Shown: positions 1 to 10,041, counted from the first letter of the stretch. The stretch is 64,000 nt of DNA from Myxococcota bacterium (GCA_964201005.1 CAXNCS010000002.1:14773-78772); one strand, 5' to 3'. Numbers and translations are program-made. The notes: a model not told the origin generated them from the sequence alone.

Positions 1-1342
1 CTGCCTGCTGAGCCTTGGGCTGAATCGCGTCGACCAGCGGCTTTAGGCTGCCTTTGGCCAGGCCTTTGCGGGCCAGCGCTTCCAGTTTGGCTTTTTCCGG
101 GTCTTTGGCCTGCTTGCCCTTGGACCCGCCGTGCTTTTGCGCCTCCTTGTCCATCAGCATGAGCGCCAATTGTCCGGCAAAGCGTGCGGCATCCCGGCGA
201 AAACTCAGCGGATCCTTGGCCCCTACCAGCGTCAGCATGCCCACAGCGCTGTCGCCGTCCGGGTACAGCCCCAGGGCGGCCTGCCCCGTAAGCCCCTGAG
301 CAAGCGCGGTCAGTTGCTTCAGCACCGCCGCCTTTTGGCGCTTGGGGATCTCAAGGGCGCCGTCCAATACTGCAAGGCTGGTAGGCAGTTGCGCCAGGCC
401 CGGCTGAGGGTCCACATCGCTCGCCGCCGCAAAATAGCTCTTGGCCGGCAGCAGCCGCGCCAGCGGCTCGATCGAGCGCCCTGCCCCCGCCTGCAGAGCC
501 TTGGCCATCGCCGTGTTGGGCCGACCGCGCACGCGAAAACCCACCTGCAGGCTGGTCTTGTCTCCGCCGATCACCAGCTCAAAGGTGTCCAGCTCTTCAG
601 CCATCTGCTTGATCACCGCAGAGTATTGGGTCGCGCCCAGCTGCGCCGACTTGGGCAGGCCTTTGGGGTCGCGCAGGGCGTCTTTGAGCTTTTGCAGCTC
701 TTTGGGCCGCAGCGCCGCGAGGTTGGCCACGCTGATGCCCGCGCTGAACAGGCCCGGCACGGCGGCCTTGCCCAGGGGCCCCGACGCCACGGGGGCCGCG
801 CGTTGCCAGCGCGACGTCTCAAAGGTCACGGCCAGTTGGTCGGGCAAAAAGTCGAGGTACAGGTGCAGATCGGTGTCCGTAGGGATGAAGATCGCCGCGT
901 GCCCTTCCGCGCCCAGCTGCGCGCCGGCAAGGGCCTGCAGCACCGCCGCTTGATTGGTCATCGGCAATAGCACCACGCCGGCCGCGACGCCGGGGGCCCC
1001 GCCTTCATCCTGCAAGAAGAAGCGAATCGGCTGGTCGCGGCGGAGCCAGGAAAGGTTAGAGATCCCCATGGTTTTGGCGGAGGTCTCGGCCTGCTGCCAC
1101 CAGCCGCCTTTAGGCGACGCCGGGTCGGCGGGAGGCAGTCCCAGCTGCGGTCCAGCGGCGGTAACCATGTCCAACACTGCGGTAAGACTGGAGATCCCAC
1201 CCCATGCCACCACCGACGGTGCCAGGTTGGTGTAGGCATCGGCGGCGGCTTGCTGCGGCGGATCGGCCAGAGCCGGCTGAGGCGCCGTCAACGCAAGACA
1301 GGCAAGAACTAGATAAGAGCCAAGATTTCGCAACGCCTTCAT
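1..1342 (-). CDS. secreted hypothetical protein (3' end cut by window edge)
   Basis: Absent from the ORF track because it has no stop in the window. Reading the reverse complement from ATG at 1342 gives MKALRNLGSYLVLACLALTAPQPALADPPQQAAADAYTNLAPSVVAWGG... I checked every tta/cta/tca on the + strand and none falls in this frame down to base 1. It has a Sec-type signal peptide (ALA/D). The + strand ORFs 131..970 and 441..953 are Arg/Gly-rich antisense shadows. Confidence 0.55.
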   Translation of the reverse strand, partial: MKALRNLGSYLVLACLALTAPQPALADPPQQAAADAYTNLAPSVVAWGGISSLTAVLDMVTAAGPQLGLPPADPASPKGGWWQQAETSAKTMGISNLSWLRRDQPIRFFLQDEGGAPGVAAGVVLLPMTNQAAVLQALAGAQLGAEGHAAIFIPTDTDLHLYLDFLPDQLAVTFETSRWQRAAPVASGPLGKAAVPGLFSAGISVANLAALRPKELQKLKDALRDPKGLPKSAQLGATQYSAVIKQMAEELDTFELVIGGDKTSLQVGFRVRGRPNTAMAKALQAGAGRSIEPLARLLPAKSYFAAASDVDPQPGLAQLPTSLAVLDGALEIPKRQKAAVLKQLTALAQGLTGQAALGLYPDGDSAVGMLTLVGAKDPLSFRRDAARFAGQLALMLMDKEAQKHGGSKGKQAKDPEKAKLEALARKGLAKGSLKPLVDAIQPKAQQA

Positions 1343-1475
1343 GAATTCCCGCGCGGTTGTCTCCATGCCCGCCCGCCGAACATATTGGCTGGGGCCGGGA
1401 GAAATGCAACTGCAGGACGCCACGTTCGCGGACGGCCAAGCCAAAAGCGCCTGACCGTCCGCAGCCGCGTGGTGA

Positions 1476-2891
1476 CTACTTCGCGGGCGGGAGCAACACG
1501 CCGTCGATGACGTGGATCACGCCGTTGGTGCCCAGGAGGTCCGTGGCGATGACCTTGGCGCCGTTGACCGTGACGCCGGCCTCCGTCTTGCCCAAGGTGA
1601 TCTTCGCACCCTGCACGGTCGTCACCTCTCCAGCCGCGACATCCTTGGCCTTTACCAAGCCGGGCACCACGTGGTAGGTCAGCACGCCGGCCAGCGCGAC
1701 CTTGTCCGCCTTGAGGCCGTCCAGAGTCTTGGCGTCGACTTTGGCAAACGCGGCGTTGGTCGGAGCGAAAATCGTGAACGGCCCCTTGCCTTTGAGGGTC
1801 TCCACCAAGCCGGCCAGACCCGTGAGCTCCACCAAGGTGGTGTGGTCCGGGCTGGCCAGGGCGATGTCCACCACGTCCGGCGGCAGAATCACTTTGTCAA
1901 TCACATGGATGACGCCGTTGGTGGCGATCAAGTCCGTGGCGATGACATTGGCGCCGCCGACGCTGACCTTGCCGTCCTTGGCGACCACGGGCAGGAAGAA
2001 GCCGGCCAGGCTGCTGGCAAACATCGTCTTGACGTCCGCGGCCTTGACCGCGCCGGCCAGCACGTGGTGGGTCAAGACACCCTGAAGGGCCTTTTCGTCC
2101 GCGGCCAACGCGTCGAGCGCGGCTTTGGGCACCGCGGCAAAAGCGGCGTCGGTCGGGGCAAACACGGTGTACGGCCCAGTGTTGGCCACCACGTCGACGA
2201 GCTTAGCTTGGCCCACCAAGCTGACCAGGGTCTTGTGATCGGCGCTGGCCATCGCCAGGTCGACCAGGGTCGGCGGCAGAATCACCTGATCCACCACGTG
2301 AATCACGCCGTTGGACGCCTCCACATCCGCCGCGGTCACCATCGCGCCGCCGACTTTGACGTTGCCGCCATCCACCTGAATCGGCAGCGAATAGCCGGCG
2401 ACGCTGGTGGCGAACATGGTCTTGGCGTCCTTGGAGGCGACCTTGCCGGCCAGAACGTGGTGCTTGAGCACGGCGGCGAGCTGGGCTTTGTCCTTGCCCA
2501 GGGCCTCCAGCACCTTGGGATCGAGCTTGGCAAAGGCCGCGTCGGTCGGGGCAAAAACCGTGAACGGCCCAGCGCCCTTGAGCGTCTCGACCAGGCCTGC
2601 GTCCCCCAGCAGCTTGGCCAGGGTCTTGAAGCTGCCGTTGGCTACGGCGGTGTCGACGATGTCCTTGGGCGCCATGGCCGTGTCGCCCGCCGTTGAATCG
2701 CTGGTCGAGGCGGTGTCCGCGGTGGATGCGGTGTCCGACCCGGCAGTGGAGTCAGCCCCGCTGTCCTGGGTAGAGGCGGCGTCTTTGGCAGTGCTCGTGG
2801 TCTCAGTGGCTTCTTCACTGCAGGCAGACAGGGCCAGGATCGCGGTCATAACGGCAGCGTGGCCAAAGCGAAAACGACGGTAGTTCAACAT
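1476..2891 (-). CDS. fasciclin (FAS1) domain lipoprotein, three FAS1 repeats
   Basis: ORF 1476..3101 trimmed to ATG 2891 (MLNYRRFRFGHAAVMTAILALSAC, lipobox). An acidic S/T/D tether follows. Three repeats carry the TVFAPT(D/N)AAFA ... NGVIHV(V/I)D.V(I/L)LPP signature of FAS1 domains. Confidence 0.9.
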   Translation of the reverse strand: MLNYRRFRFGHAAVMTAILALSACSEEATETTSTAKDAASTQDSGADSTAGSDTASTADTASTSDSTAGDTAMAPKDIVDTAVANGSFKTLAKLLGDAGLVETLKGAGPFTVFAPTDAAFAKLDPKVLEALGKDKAQLAAVLKHHVLAGKVASKDAKTMFATSVAGYSLPIQVDGGNVKVGGAMVTAADVEASNGVIHVVDQVILPPTLVDLAMASADHKTLVSLVGQAKLVDVVANTGPYTVFAPTDAAFAAVPKAALDALAADEKALQGVLTHHVLAGAVKAADVKTMFASSLAGFFLPVVAKDGKVSVGGANVIATDLIATNGVIHVIDKVILPPDVVDIALASPDHTTLVELTGLAGLVETLKGKGPFTIFAPTNAAFAKVDAKTLDGLKADKVALAGVLTYHVVPGLVKAKDVAAGEVTTVQGAKITLGKTEAGVTVNGAKVIATDLLGTNGVIHVIDGVLLPPAK

Positions 2892-3013
2892 GCTTGCTCT
2901 CCTGATGTGGCGTAGGCGCGAACCAGTTGCTCTGGTCCTCCAGTCTGATGCGCGCCTGGGCCGGGAGATGCGGCGATTTTGACGCGGGGCAGATCGAGGC
3001 GCGAAAAAACGCG

Positions 3014-4117
3014 CTACAGCCGGACAAAAGCAAACACAATCGAGACTTTGGCCGCCTGCAGCGGCAGACCTCCCAGGGCTTGCAGCCGCGCCTGCACACA
3101 CGCCGCCAGCGGCTGGATCGCCGGCACGACTGCCACGGCGATGACGCGGCCATCGGCGCCAATAGTCAGCTCAACCTTGAGCGACGTCTGCAAAATCCCG
3201 TTGGCCTTCACGGCACTCCGCTGGCACTGCTCGAGCCCGGCCTTCTGGGCCTTGAGCGCGGCTGCCACCGCGGCCTTGACCTGGGGGTCGGCGGCGCTGA
3301 CCTCCTGCGATTCCAGCTGCACGGCGATGGCGGCAGGTGCGGGGCTGGGCGGCGCCGCGCCATTGCCCTTGGGCGGCGCAGGTGTATCGAGTTCCGCGAC
3401 CTCTTTCTTTGCGGCCTGGCGCTCCTCTACCTTGGCAAATTCATCTTTGATTTCTGCACTCTTGGCCTGTACCAGGTCGTCGTCATCGCCGCCCAAAGCA
3501 TTGCGCCGGCTCGGCGGTTCAGCCCGACCCGCAGGTCCAGCGCGCTTGGGATCGACGGTCGTGCGGGGCGCGGCCTTGGCCGCCAGCGCCTGCTCGCGCT
3601 GCGGTACGGCCCCAGTGACGGCAGGCGTGTTTGAGGGGGCAGGCGCGGGGGCCGCTTTGGGCTGGTCGGCGGCGACCTGCGTGGGGGCGCGCACGGCGGT
3701 CTCCGCAGTGGCGGCGGCCTGGCGCTCGCTGTGGCGCCCAGCGGATGCGGTTGCAACACTTTCTGCTTGCTGGGCCAATGCTTGCGGCAAGGCCTGCTTG
3801 CTCGCCCGCCAGGCCGCGCTCTGGTCGACCCGCTTGACCTGCCCAGCGTCCAGGCGCCAGAGCGCCAAGTTGTGGAACAGCCGGATGGACACGGCCGAAT
3901 TCGCCGCAGTCGCCACGGTGTCGTCGGCAAACACCTGAGCCTCGACCCCGAGTTCGCGAGGCTGCGCCCCCGCTGCAGCGCGCACGGCGGTCACGCGGCC
4001 CTCGACCCCTTCTACCTTGCCGGCAGGGCCCTGGGCGGCGGGCTCGGGCTCCGGCTTGCCACAGGCGCACGCGGCGATCAGCGCCCAGGCCAGAGCTAGC
4101 AAGCGCAACCCAGCCAT
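3014..4117 (-). CDS. FecR-like periplasmic lipoprotein with TonB-C/AgmX-type C-terminal domain
   Basis: ORF 3014..4159. The likely start is ATG 4117 (MAGLRLLALAWALIAACACG, lipobox), 13 nt after the cyclase stop. The N-terminal segment GKVEGVEGRVTAVRAA..DDTVATAANSAVSIRL resembles a FecR sensor domain. An Ala/Pro/Lys-rich linker follows. The last ~70 aa (CQRSAVKANG..KVSIVFAFVRL) look like a TonB-C/AgmX-PglI fold. Confidence 0.7.
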   Translation of the reverse strand: MAGLRLLALAWALIAACACGKPEPEPAAQGPAGKVEGVEGRVTAVRAAAGAQPRELGVEAQVFADDTVATAANSAVSIRLFHNLALWRLDAGQVKRVDQSAAWRASKQALPQALAQQAESVATASAGRHSERQAAATAETAVRAPTQVAADQPKAAPAPAPSNTPAVTGAVPQREQALAAKAAPRTTVDPKRAGPAGRAEPPSRRNALGGDDDDLVQAKSAEIKDEFAKVEERQAAKKEVAELDTPAPPKGNGAAPPSPAPAAIAVQLESQEVSAADPQVKAAVAAALKAQKAGLEQCQRSAVKANGILQTSLKVELTIGADGRVIAVAVVPAIQPLAACVQARLQALGGLPLQAAKVSIVFAFVRL

Positions 4118-4130
4118 TATATTGCACGTT

Positions 4131-6428
4131 TTACTTATTGCGTTGTTCATAGACCCCATCCCAGTCTGCCCCTGGAGGCTCGGCAGCCATCGCCCGGGTT
4201 CGCGCGGCGAGCACCTGGGCCGGCCCGTCCTGCGGGTGGCGCTCTAACAGCTGTTGCAGCGAACGCTCCGCGGCGCCCCAGTTGCGCAGGCGAAACTCGC
4301 TCAGCGCCTCGGCGTACAGGCGCAAATCCTCAGGCCCCAAGCGGCAATTGTCGCGGGTCCCCAGCAGCTCATAGACCCGCAGAGCCCCGCCGCGGCCCTT
4401 GACCCGCACAAAATCGACCTCGCGAAACACAAAGCCCGGCCCGGCGAGCTCCGGCACCCGCGGACCGCACAGAATGGCGCAGCGATACTCTTTGGTCAGC
4501 CCCTCCAGCCGCGAGGCCAGATTGACCGCATCGCCCATTACTGTGTAATCAAAGCGCATCTCTGAGCCCATGTTGCCCACCGACATCGGCCCGGCGTTCA
4601 GCCCCACGCCGATCTCAATGGGCGGCAGCCCGCGCGCCTGCCAACCTGCGCGCAATTGCCCAAGCACCGCCTGCATTTCTAGCGCGACTTGACACATGGC
4701 CGAGGTGTGATCGGCCATCTCCAGCGGCGCGCCAAACACCGCCATGACCGCGTCGCCGATGTACTTGTCGAGCATCCCGCCCTTTTCCAGGACGATCCGC
4801 GTCATGGGCGTCAGGTACTCGTTCAAAAAGCCAGACAGCGCCTCGGGCTCCATCTGCTCTGAAAAGTTGGAGAACCCGCGGATGTCGCTGAACAGCACGC
4901 TCAGCTCGCGGCGCTCACCGCCCAAGCGCACCCGCTGCGGATCGGCCAGGATGCGGTCTACCAGCTCGCCGGAGACATAGTGGGCAAAAGCGCGGCGCAA
5001 TTGGGCTTTCTCGCGGCCTTCGCTGACCAGCGCGGTGGAGATGACAAGTACGGCGATGATCAGCAGCGAGCCCAGCGGCGCGGCAAGGGGCACGATCACC
5101 CCGCGCTCAAACAGCAATTGCCCGGCGATCAGCCAAGCTAGGCCCAGACCCAGCCCGCCCAGAGCCGCGAGCCAAGTGCGCCGCTGGCGGATGCGCCGGA
5201 GCTGGAGCAGCGTCATGGCCGCGCCCATCAGCGCCACCACCCCAAGGCTCAGCCAGGCCGGCGTCGCGCGCAACAGCCCGCCGTGAATGGCGTTGTGCGC
5301 CAAGGTCGCGTGCAGCTCAACGCCGGGCTGCACCGCGGCAAAGGGCGTGGCCACCCGATCGCGCGCGGCGTCCGTGTAGCCGACAATTACCAGTCGATCC
5401 TCGAGCATCGCCTTGGGGGCCCGGCCAGAGAGCACATCGGCGGCAGAAACGTGCGGAAAGGTGCCGGGGGGCCCAAGCCAGCCCAGCCGCGCGACGGCAC
5501 TGCTGTCGACGGGCAAAATCCGCTGGCCCAGAGTCAATTCGCGGTCGCCGGTGGCATAGCTGGCCGCCGCAGGCTGGGACAAACCCAGGGCTTTTGAGCG
5601 CGCCGCCAGCGTCAGCCCCAAGGGCAAGTAGTAGCGCCCGGCGTGCTCCAGCACCAGCGGCACCCGCCGCACCACCCCGCCCAAGTCGCGAATGACGTTG
5701 ACCGCGCCGCTCCCCGCGCTGTGGCGGGCCAGAGAAGCCAGCGAGCCGTAGACCTCGCGTTCGCTGCGCAGGGGCCGTTGCCCGGCGGGCCTCTCCAAAA
5801 CTGCCGCGTCCGCCACCCGCGCACCGCGCAGACCGGGCGGTTCCTGCGTGGCCAGCGGCGCCGGATCCGTCTCGCCGTGATCGACAAAAAACAGCACGCT
5901 CATCAGGATATTGCCGGCCCTCTGCAGACTGGCTGCGAGCTTCTCGTCGCCGCGGGTCGCGTCCTGCACCGCGCGCAAAGCCGCCAAAGCTGCCGCACCG
6001 GCCGTCGACGTCGCTTCTGGAGCCAGCTCAAGGGCTTGGGCCGCCGCTTGCACTTGGGTCACTGTCGCTGCCGGCAGAACCTCTTCTGGCTCGGAGAAAA
6101 ACGCGTCGAGCGCCACCGCCCGCGGCCGATAGGCGTGCAGCGCATCGAGAAAGCGCGCCCAGCCCGCGCGTTGTTGCAGCACTTCCGGGGCTTCGCGGCG
6201 CAGCTGGTCGTCAAAACCCACAATGACGATGTCGCCGTCCGCCGGCTGCTGGGGCCCGCGCAGCAGGAAACGCGCATCGATCGCGTCGAGCTCCAGCGAA
6301 TCGACCACGGCCAAGCGCAGCACCCCGCCCAGCTGCAGGGCCAACAGCGCCAGACACGCCAGCGTCGCCAGCGCAGCCACCAGCAGGGGCGCATTGGAAC
6401 TCAGCTTGTTGTTGGGGCTTTGGCTCAC
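4131..6428 (-). CDS. CHASE2 sensor-domain class III adenylate/guanylate cyclase
   Basis: This is the C-terminal 766 codons of track ORF 4131..7208; the first ~260 codons are antisense/intergenic read-through. Proposed start is GTG 6428 (SQSPNNKLSSNAPLLVAALATLACLALLAL, TM helix). It has a CHASE2-like periplasmic domain (DGDIVIVGFDD...) and three TM helices. The cyclase core reads RELSVLFSDIRGFSNFSE, DKYIGDAVMAVFGAP, GLNAGPMSVGNMGS, DYTVMGDAVNLASRLE. A short TPR-like tail follows. The start codon is uncertain. Confidence 0.88.
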   Translation of the reverse strand: MSQSPNNKLSSNAPLLVAALATLACLALLALQLGGVLRLAVVDSLELDAIDARFLLRGPQQPADGDIVIVGFDDQLRREAPEVLQQRAGWARFLDALHAYRPRAVALDAFFSEPEEVLPAATVTQVQAAAQALELAPEATSTAGAAALAALRAVQDATRGDEKLAASLQRAGNILMSVLFFVDHGETDPAPLATQEPPGLRGARVADAAVLERPAGQRPLRSEREVYGSLASLARHSAGSGAVNVIRDLGGVVRRVPLVLEHAGRYYLPLGLTLAARSKALGLSQPAAASYATGDRELTLGQRILPVDSSAVARLGWLGPPGTFPHVSAADVLSGRAPKAMLEDRLVIVGYTDAARDRVATPFAAVQPGVELHATLAHNAIHGGLLRATPAWLSLGVVALMGAAMTLLQLRRIRQRRTWLAALGGLGLGLAWLIAGQLLFERGVIVPLAAPLGSLLIIAVLVISTALVSEGREKAQLRRAFAHYVSGELVDRILADPQRVRLGGERRELSVLFSDIRGFSNFSEQMEPEALSGFLNEYLTPMTRIVLEKGGMLDKYIGDAVMAVFGAPLEMADHTSAMCQVALEMQAVLGQLRAGWQARGLPPIEIGVGLNAGPMSVGNMGSEMRFDYTVMGDAVNLASRLEGLTKEYRCAILCGPRVPELAGPGFVFREVDFVRVKGRGGALRVYELLGTRDNCRLGPEDLRLYAEALSEFRLRNWGAAERSLQQLLERHPQDGPAQVLAARTRAMAAEPPGADWDGVYEQRNK

Positions 6429-6572
6429 GCTGATCTGCCCGTGCTGCCGTGTCGCCGCGGTCGATAGCAGAGTGTCCGCCAGCCCAGGCCCGTGCGCAAC
6501 TGCCGCTTGGACCTGGGGCTCAAAGGCGCTAACGTGCAGGCCCAGACGCCAAGGATTTGGCCAGGGTTCGCC

Positions 6573-9500
6573 ATGCTTCGCTCCAAAAAGCCGCGGTTGC
6601 GCTGGGTCTTCGCGCTCGCAATCGCCCTGCTGACCCTGATCACCGTGGGCCACGCGAGTGCCGTTGAGCCGACGCCAGCGCCGCCCCAGCGCGCGGATCC
6701 GCGAATTGCCCAAGCGGCGGGGCAAATTCAGCAGGCGGCCCAGCTGATCCAGCAGACGCGCTATGCCGACGCTCAGGCCGCGGCGCAACAGGCCATCGCG
6801 CTCATCGAGGCGGCTCTGGGCAAAGACGTGCCGCAACTGGCCGAGCCGCTGAGCCTTTTGGGCGACGCTGTGCGCATGCTGGGCGACGTAGCGGGCGGCG
6901 AAGAGCTGCAGCGGCGGGCCCTGGCGCTGTACGAGAAGGCCGGCGCGCAGGAGAGCGGCTACTACGCCCAAGTGCTGTATCGGTTTGCGGATGTGCTGCG
7001 GATGCGCGCGAAATTTGCCGAGGCGCTGGCGGCCCAGGAGCGGCTGGCGGGGCTGTACCAGAAGCTCTACGGCCCCTCGACCGCGGCGCTGGCGGTGTGC
7101 CTGAGCGCCCAGGCCGAGCTGCAGCGCCTGCTGGGTCGCGCCGCCCAGGCCCTGCCCTTGCACGATCGGGCGATCGCCATGGCCCAGGCGACCCAGGGCA
7201 AGCAGCACGCCTACACGGCCAGCCTGATGCAGGCCAAAGCGACCACCTGGGCGGCGCTGGGCGAGTATCCGCGGGCGGTGGCGGAATTCACAGAAGCGCT
7301 AGAGATCATGGAGATCACCCTGGGTCCAGAGCACATGTGGGTCGGCCAGGTCGCCAACAACTTGGGGCTGGAGCTGGTGCATGTGGGCGAATTGGCTCGG
7401 GCGGAGCAGCTGTTTGCCCGGGCCCTGGCCATCGACCAAAAGACCTTGGGGCCGACCCATCCGTTTGTCGCCGCGGTGCTGGCCAATCAGGGCGACGTGG
7501 CTCTGGCCAGGGGCCGGCTCGACGACGCTGAGGCCAAGCTGCGCGAAGCGTATGCCATCGCCGTGCAGGCCTATGGCGAGGACCATCCAGAAAGCATCGC
7601 CATCGCTGAGCATTTTGCGCGCATGCTCCGCCACAGCGGCCGGCCGAACCAAGCTCAGCAACTCGCCGAGGCGACCCTGCAGGCGCGAGAGAAGCTCCAC
7701 GGCCGCGACCACCCCGACCTGAGCGGGTCGCTGATGCTGCTGGGCGAGCTAGCGCTGGACCGCGGCGAGGTGAACCAAGGCGAGGAGCTGGCAGAGCGCG
7801 CGCAGAAGCTGGTTGAAAAAGCCTATGGTCCCCGGCATGTCGCCGCGGTGAGCGTGCTCGACTTGCTCGCGCGGATCGACGCGGTGGTGGACAACCGCCC
7901 GCAACTGCTGGCGAGGCGGCGCTTGGCCCTGGAGCTTCACCTGGCCAGCAACGGCGCCGGGCACCCCAACACCGCCAGCGCCCAGACCAATCTGGCCGAA
8001 GCGCTGCTCCCCGGCGATGTGACGGAGGCGGTGGCGTTGATGCGCCTGGCTTTGGCGACCAACCTGCGGATTTTTGGCGCCGATCACGCCCGAACGGCCA
8101 AGGCCCACGGCAACCTGGGCGCGGCGCTGGCGGGCCTGGACGACCTGAGCGAAGCCCGGCGCGAGCTGAGCCTGGCGCTGGAAATGGACAAAAAGCTCCA
8201 CGGCGCGGCGTCTGTTGATCTGGCCGCGGACCTGTACAACCTGGGGATGCTCCACGCTAAACAGGGCGATCTGGCCGCGGCCGAGCAGCAGCTGCGCGCC
8301 TCTTTGGCGATGACCGAAAAGCTGATGGGGGTGGAGGCGCCCGAGGGCCTGTCAGCGGCGTGGCGGCTGGCCGATGTGCTTGAGCTGCGCGGGCAATTCG
8401 CCGAGGCCCTGCAGCTGCGCACCCGCGTGACGGCCTTGCGCGACGCCGAACTGCCGAGGCTGCTGTGGAGCGGCGACGAGCAGCGCAAGGTCGACTTTCT
8501 GCGGGTTTTGGCTCAGGAAAGCGCCGCCAACTTGCACCACGCCCTGCGCCTGCAACCCGGGCATCGCGGCGCCGCGGAGCTCGCCCTGCAGACCGTGATG
8601 AGGCGCCACGGCCGGGCCGTAGATGTGCTGGCGGACACGCTGGATCTGCTGCGGCGGCGCTTGAACCCCGCCGACCTGCCTGCGGTCCAGGCGCTGGCCG
8701 ACAGCCGCTCGCGCTTGGCCGCCTTTGCCCTGCACGGGCCCGGTCAAGGCGATGAGCAAATCTGGAAAAGCCGGGTGGCCGAGCTGCGCACGGAGGTCGC
8801 GGGGCGCGAACAGCAGCTGTCGCGGCTCAGCGCCGTGTATCGAGATCGCCCCGCGGATGAGGCCACGGTGGCGGCGGTTCAGGCGGCCCTGGCTCCGGAA
8901 ACCGCGCTGCTGGAGTACACTGTTTGGACGCCTCAGTCTCAGTTCAGCCACGGCCGCTGGCAAGAGCGCGACCTGCCGCCGCGGCTGGCGGCCTGTGTGC
9001 TGCGCCAGAGCGGGCCGCCGCAGTGGTTTGACCTGGGCGAGCTGGAGCCGCTGCAGGCCCTGGTGGTGGCGGCGCGCCGCGGGCTCAACCAGCCAGAAGC
9101 GGATGCCGCGCCAGCCCTAGAGCAGCTCTCCGCGCGGATCCTGCAGCCGCTGCGCCGCCAGCTGACCGGTGTCCAGCGCCTGCGCGTCGCCGCCGACGGT
9201 CCGCTGCTGCTACTGCCGTTTGCCGCGCTGCCGTGGGAGGCGAGCCAAACCGTCGCGGATCAGCTGGTGGTGAGCTATGTGGGCTCCGGGCGTGAGCTTT
9301 TGACCCCTGCCCTGCGGCCGCAGCCGCGCCAACCGCCGCTGGTGCTGGCCCACGCCGATTTTGGCCCGCCGGCCAAGGGCCACTCCGAGCGCGCCGCCGA
9401 CCTGCGCAGCCTGGCGGTGCAGCCCCTGCCGGGCACCGCAGCCGAGGCCCAGGAACTGGCCAAGCTGTTCCCCAAGGCCAAAGTGCTGACCGGCGCCGCC

Positions 9501-10016
9501 GCGCAAGAGAGCGCCTTGACCAGCGCCAAAGGCCCGCAGTTCCTGCATATTGCCACCCACGGCTACTTCCTTTCGGCGCGCATGGCTCCGGGTCTGGCGG
9601 CCGTCAAGGCGCCGCTGGTGCGCTCTGGCCTGCTGCTCGCCGGCTTTAACCGCCACCGCCCGGGCAAAGACGACGGCGTGCTGACCGCGCTCGAGGCCGC
9701 GTCCCTGGACCTGCAGGGCACCCAGCTAGCAGTCCTGTCTGCGTGCAACACCGGCGTGGGCGAGCTGCGCGCGGGCGACGGCGTCCAAGGCCTGCGGCGG
9801 GCCCTGGCGATGGCCGGCGCGCAGACGGTGGTGATGAGCCTCTGGTCTGTCGATGACCGCGCGACGCAGGCGCTGATGGTCGAGTTCTACCGCCAGTGGC
9901 AGGCCGGCCAGGACCGCGCCAAGGCCCTGCATCTGGCCCAGGCCCACGTGCGCGGGCAACAGCGCTGGCGCCATCCGTTCTACTGGGCCGGCTTTGTGGC
10001 TGCTGGGGCGGAGTAG
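6573..10016 (+). CDS. secreted TPR-repeat CHAT (caspase-like) protease
   Basis: ORF 6492..10016 trimmed to ATG 6573 (MLRSKKPRLRWVFALAIALLTLITVGHASA, Sec signal). About 700 aa of TPR-type repeats follow. The C-terminal CHAT domain keeps the catalytic dyad contexts FLHIATHGYF (His) and LAVLSACNTGVGE (Cys). Confidence 0.9.
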   Translation: MLRSKKPRLRWVFALAIALLTLITVGHASAVEPTPAPPQRADPRIAQAAGQIQQAAQLIQQTRYADAQAAAQQAIALIEAALGKDVPQLAEPLSLLGDAVRMLGDVAGGEELQRRALALYEKAGAQESGYYAQVLYRFADVLRMRAKFAEALAAQERLAGLYQKLYGPSTAALAVCLSAQAELQRLLGRAAQALPLHDRAIAMAQATQGKQHAYTASLMQAKATTWAALGEYPRAVAEFTEALEIMEITLGPEHMWVGQVANNLGLELVHVGELARAEQLFARALAIDQKTLGPTHPFVAAVLANQGDVALARGRLDDAEAKLREAYAIAVQAYGEDHPESIAIAEHFARMLRHSGRPNQAQQLAEATLQAREKLHGRDHPDLSGSLMLLGELALDRGEVNQGEELAERAQKLVEKAYGPRHVAAVSVLDLLARIDAVVDNRPQLLARRRLALELHLASNGAGHPNTASAQTNLAEALLPGDVTEAVALMRLALATNLRIFGADHARTAKAHGNLGAALAGLDDLSEARRELSLALEMDKKLHGAASVDLAADLYNLGMLHAKQGDLAAAEQQLRASLAMTEKLMGVEAPEGLSAAWRLADVLELRGQFAEALQLRTRVTALRDAELPRLLWSGDEQRKVDFLRVLAQESAANLHHALRLQPGHRGAAELALQTVMRRHGRAVDVLADTLDLLRRRLNPADLPAVQALADSRSRLAAFALHGPGQGDEQIWKSRVAELRTEVAGREQQLSRLSAVYRDRPADEATVAAVQAALAPETALLEYTVWTPQSQFSHGRWQERDLPPRLAACVLRQSGPPQWFDLGELEPLQALVVAARRGLNQPEADAAPALEQLSARILQPLRRQLTGVQRLRVAADGPLLLLPFAALPWEASQTVADQLVVSYVGSGRELLTPALRPQPRQPPLVLAHADFGPPAKGHSERAADLRSLAVQPLPGTAAEAQELAKLFPKAKVLTGAAAQESALTSAKGPQFLHIATHGYFLSARMAPGLAAVKAPLVRSGLLLAGFNRHRPGKDDGVLTALEAASLDLQGTQLAVLSACNTGVGELRAGDGVQGLRRALAMAGAQTVVMSLWSVDDRATQALMVEFYRQWQAGQDRAKALHLAQAHVRGQQRWRHPFYWAGFVAAGAE

Positions 10017-10041
10017 GCCGCAGGCGGCTGCGAGCTTTGGG

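Noticed and set aside
131-970. 279-aa and 170-aa + strand ORFs at the left edge
   Set aside because: They are antisense to the open, signal-peptide-bearing minus frame 1..1342. Their translations are Arg/Gln/Gly-rich with no features.
6429-7208. N-terminal 260 codons of track ORF 4131..7208 (cyclase)
   Set aside because: This part overlaps the divergent TPR-CHAT gene and the intergenic region, and it reads as low-complexity Arg/Gly/Leu/Gln. The CHASE2 protein logically begins at the TM helix after GTG 6428.
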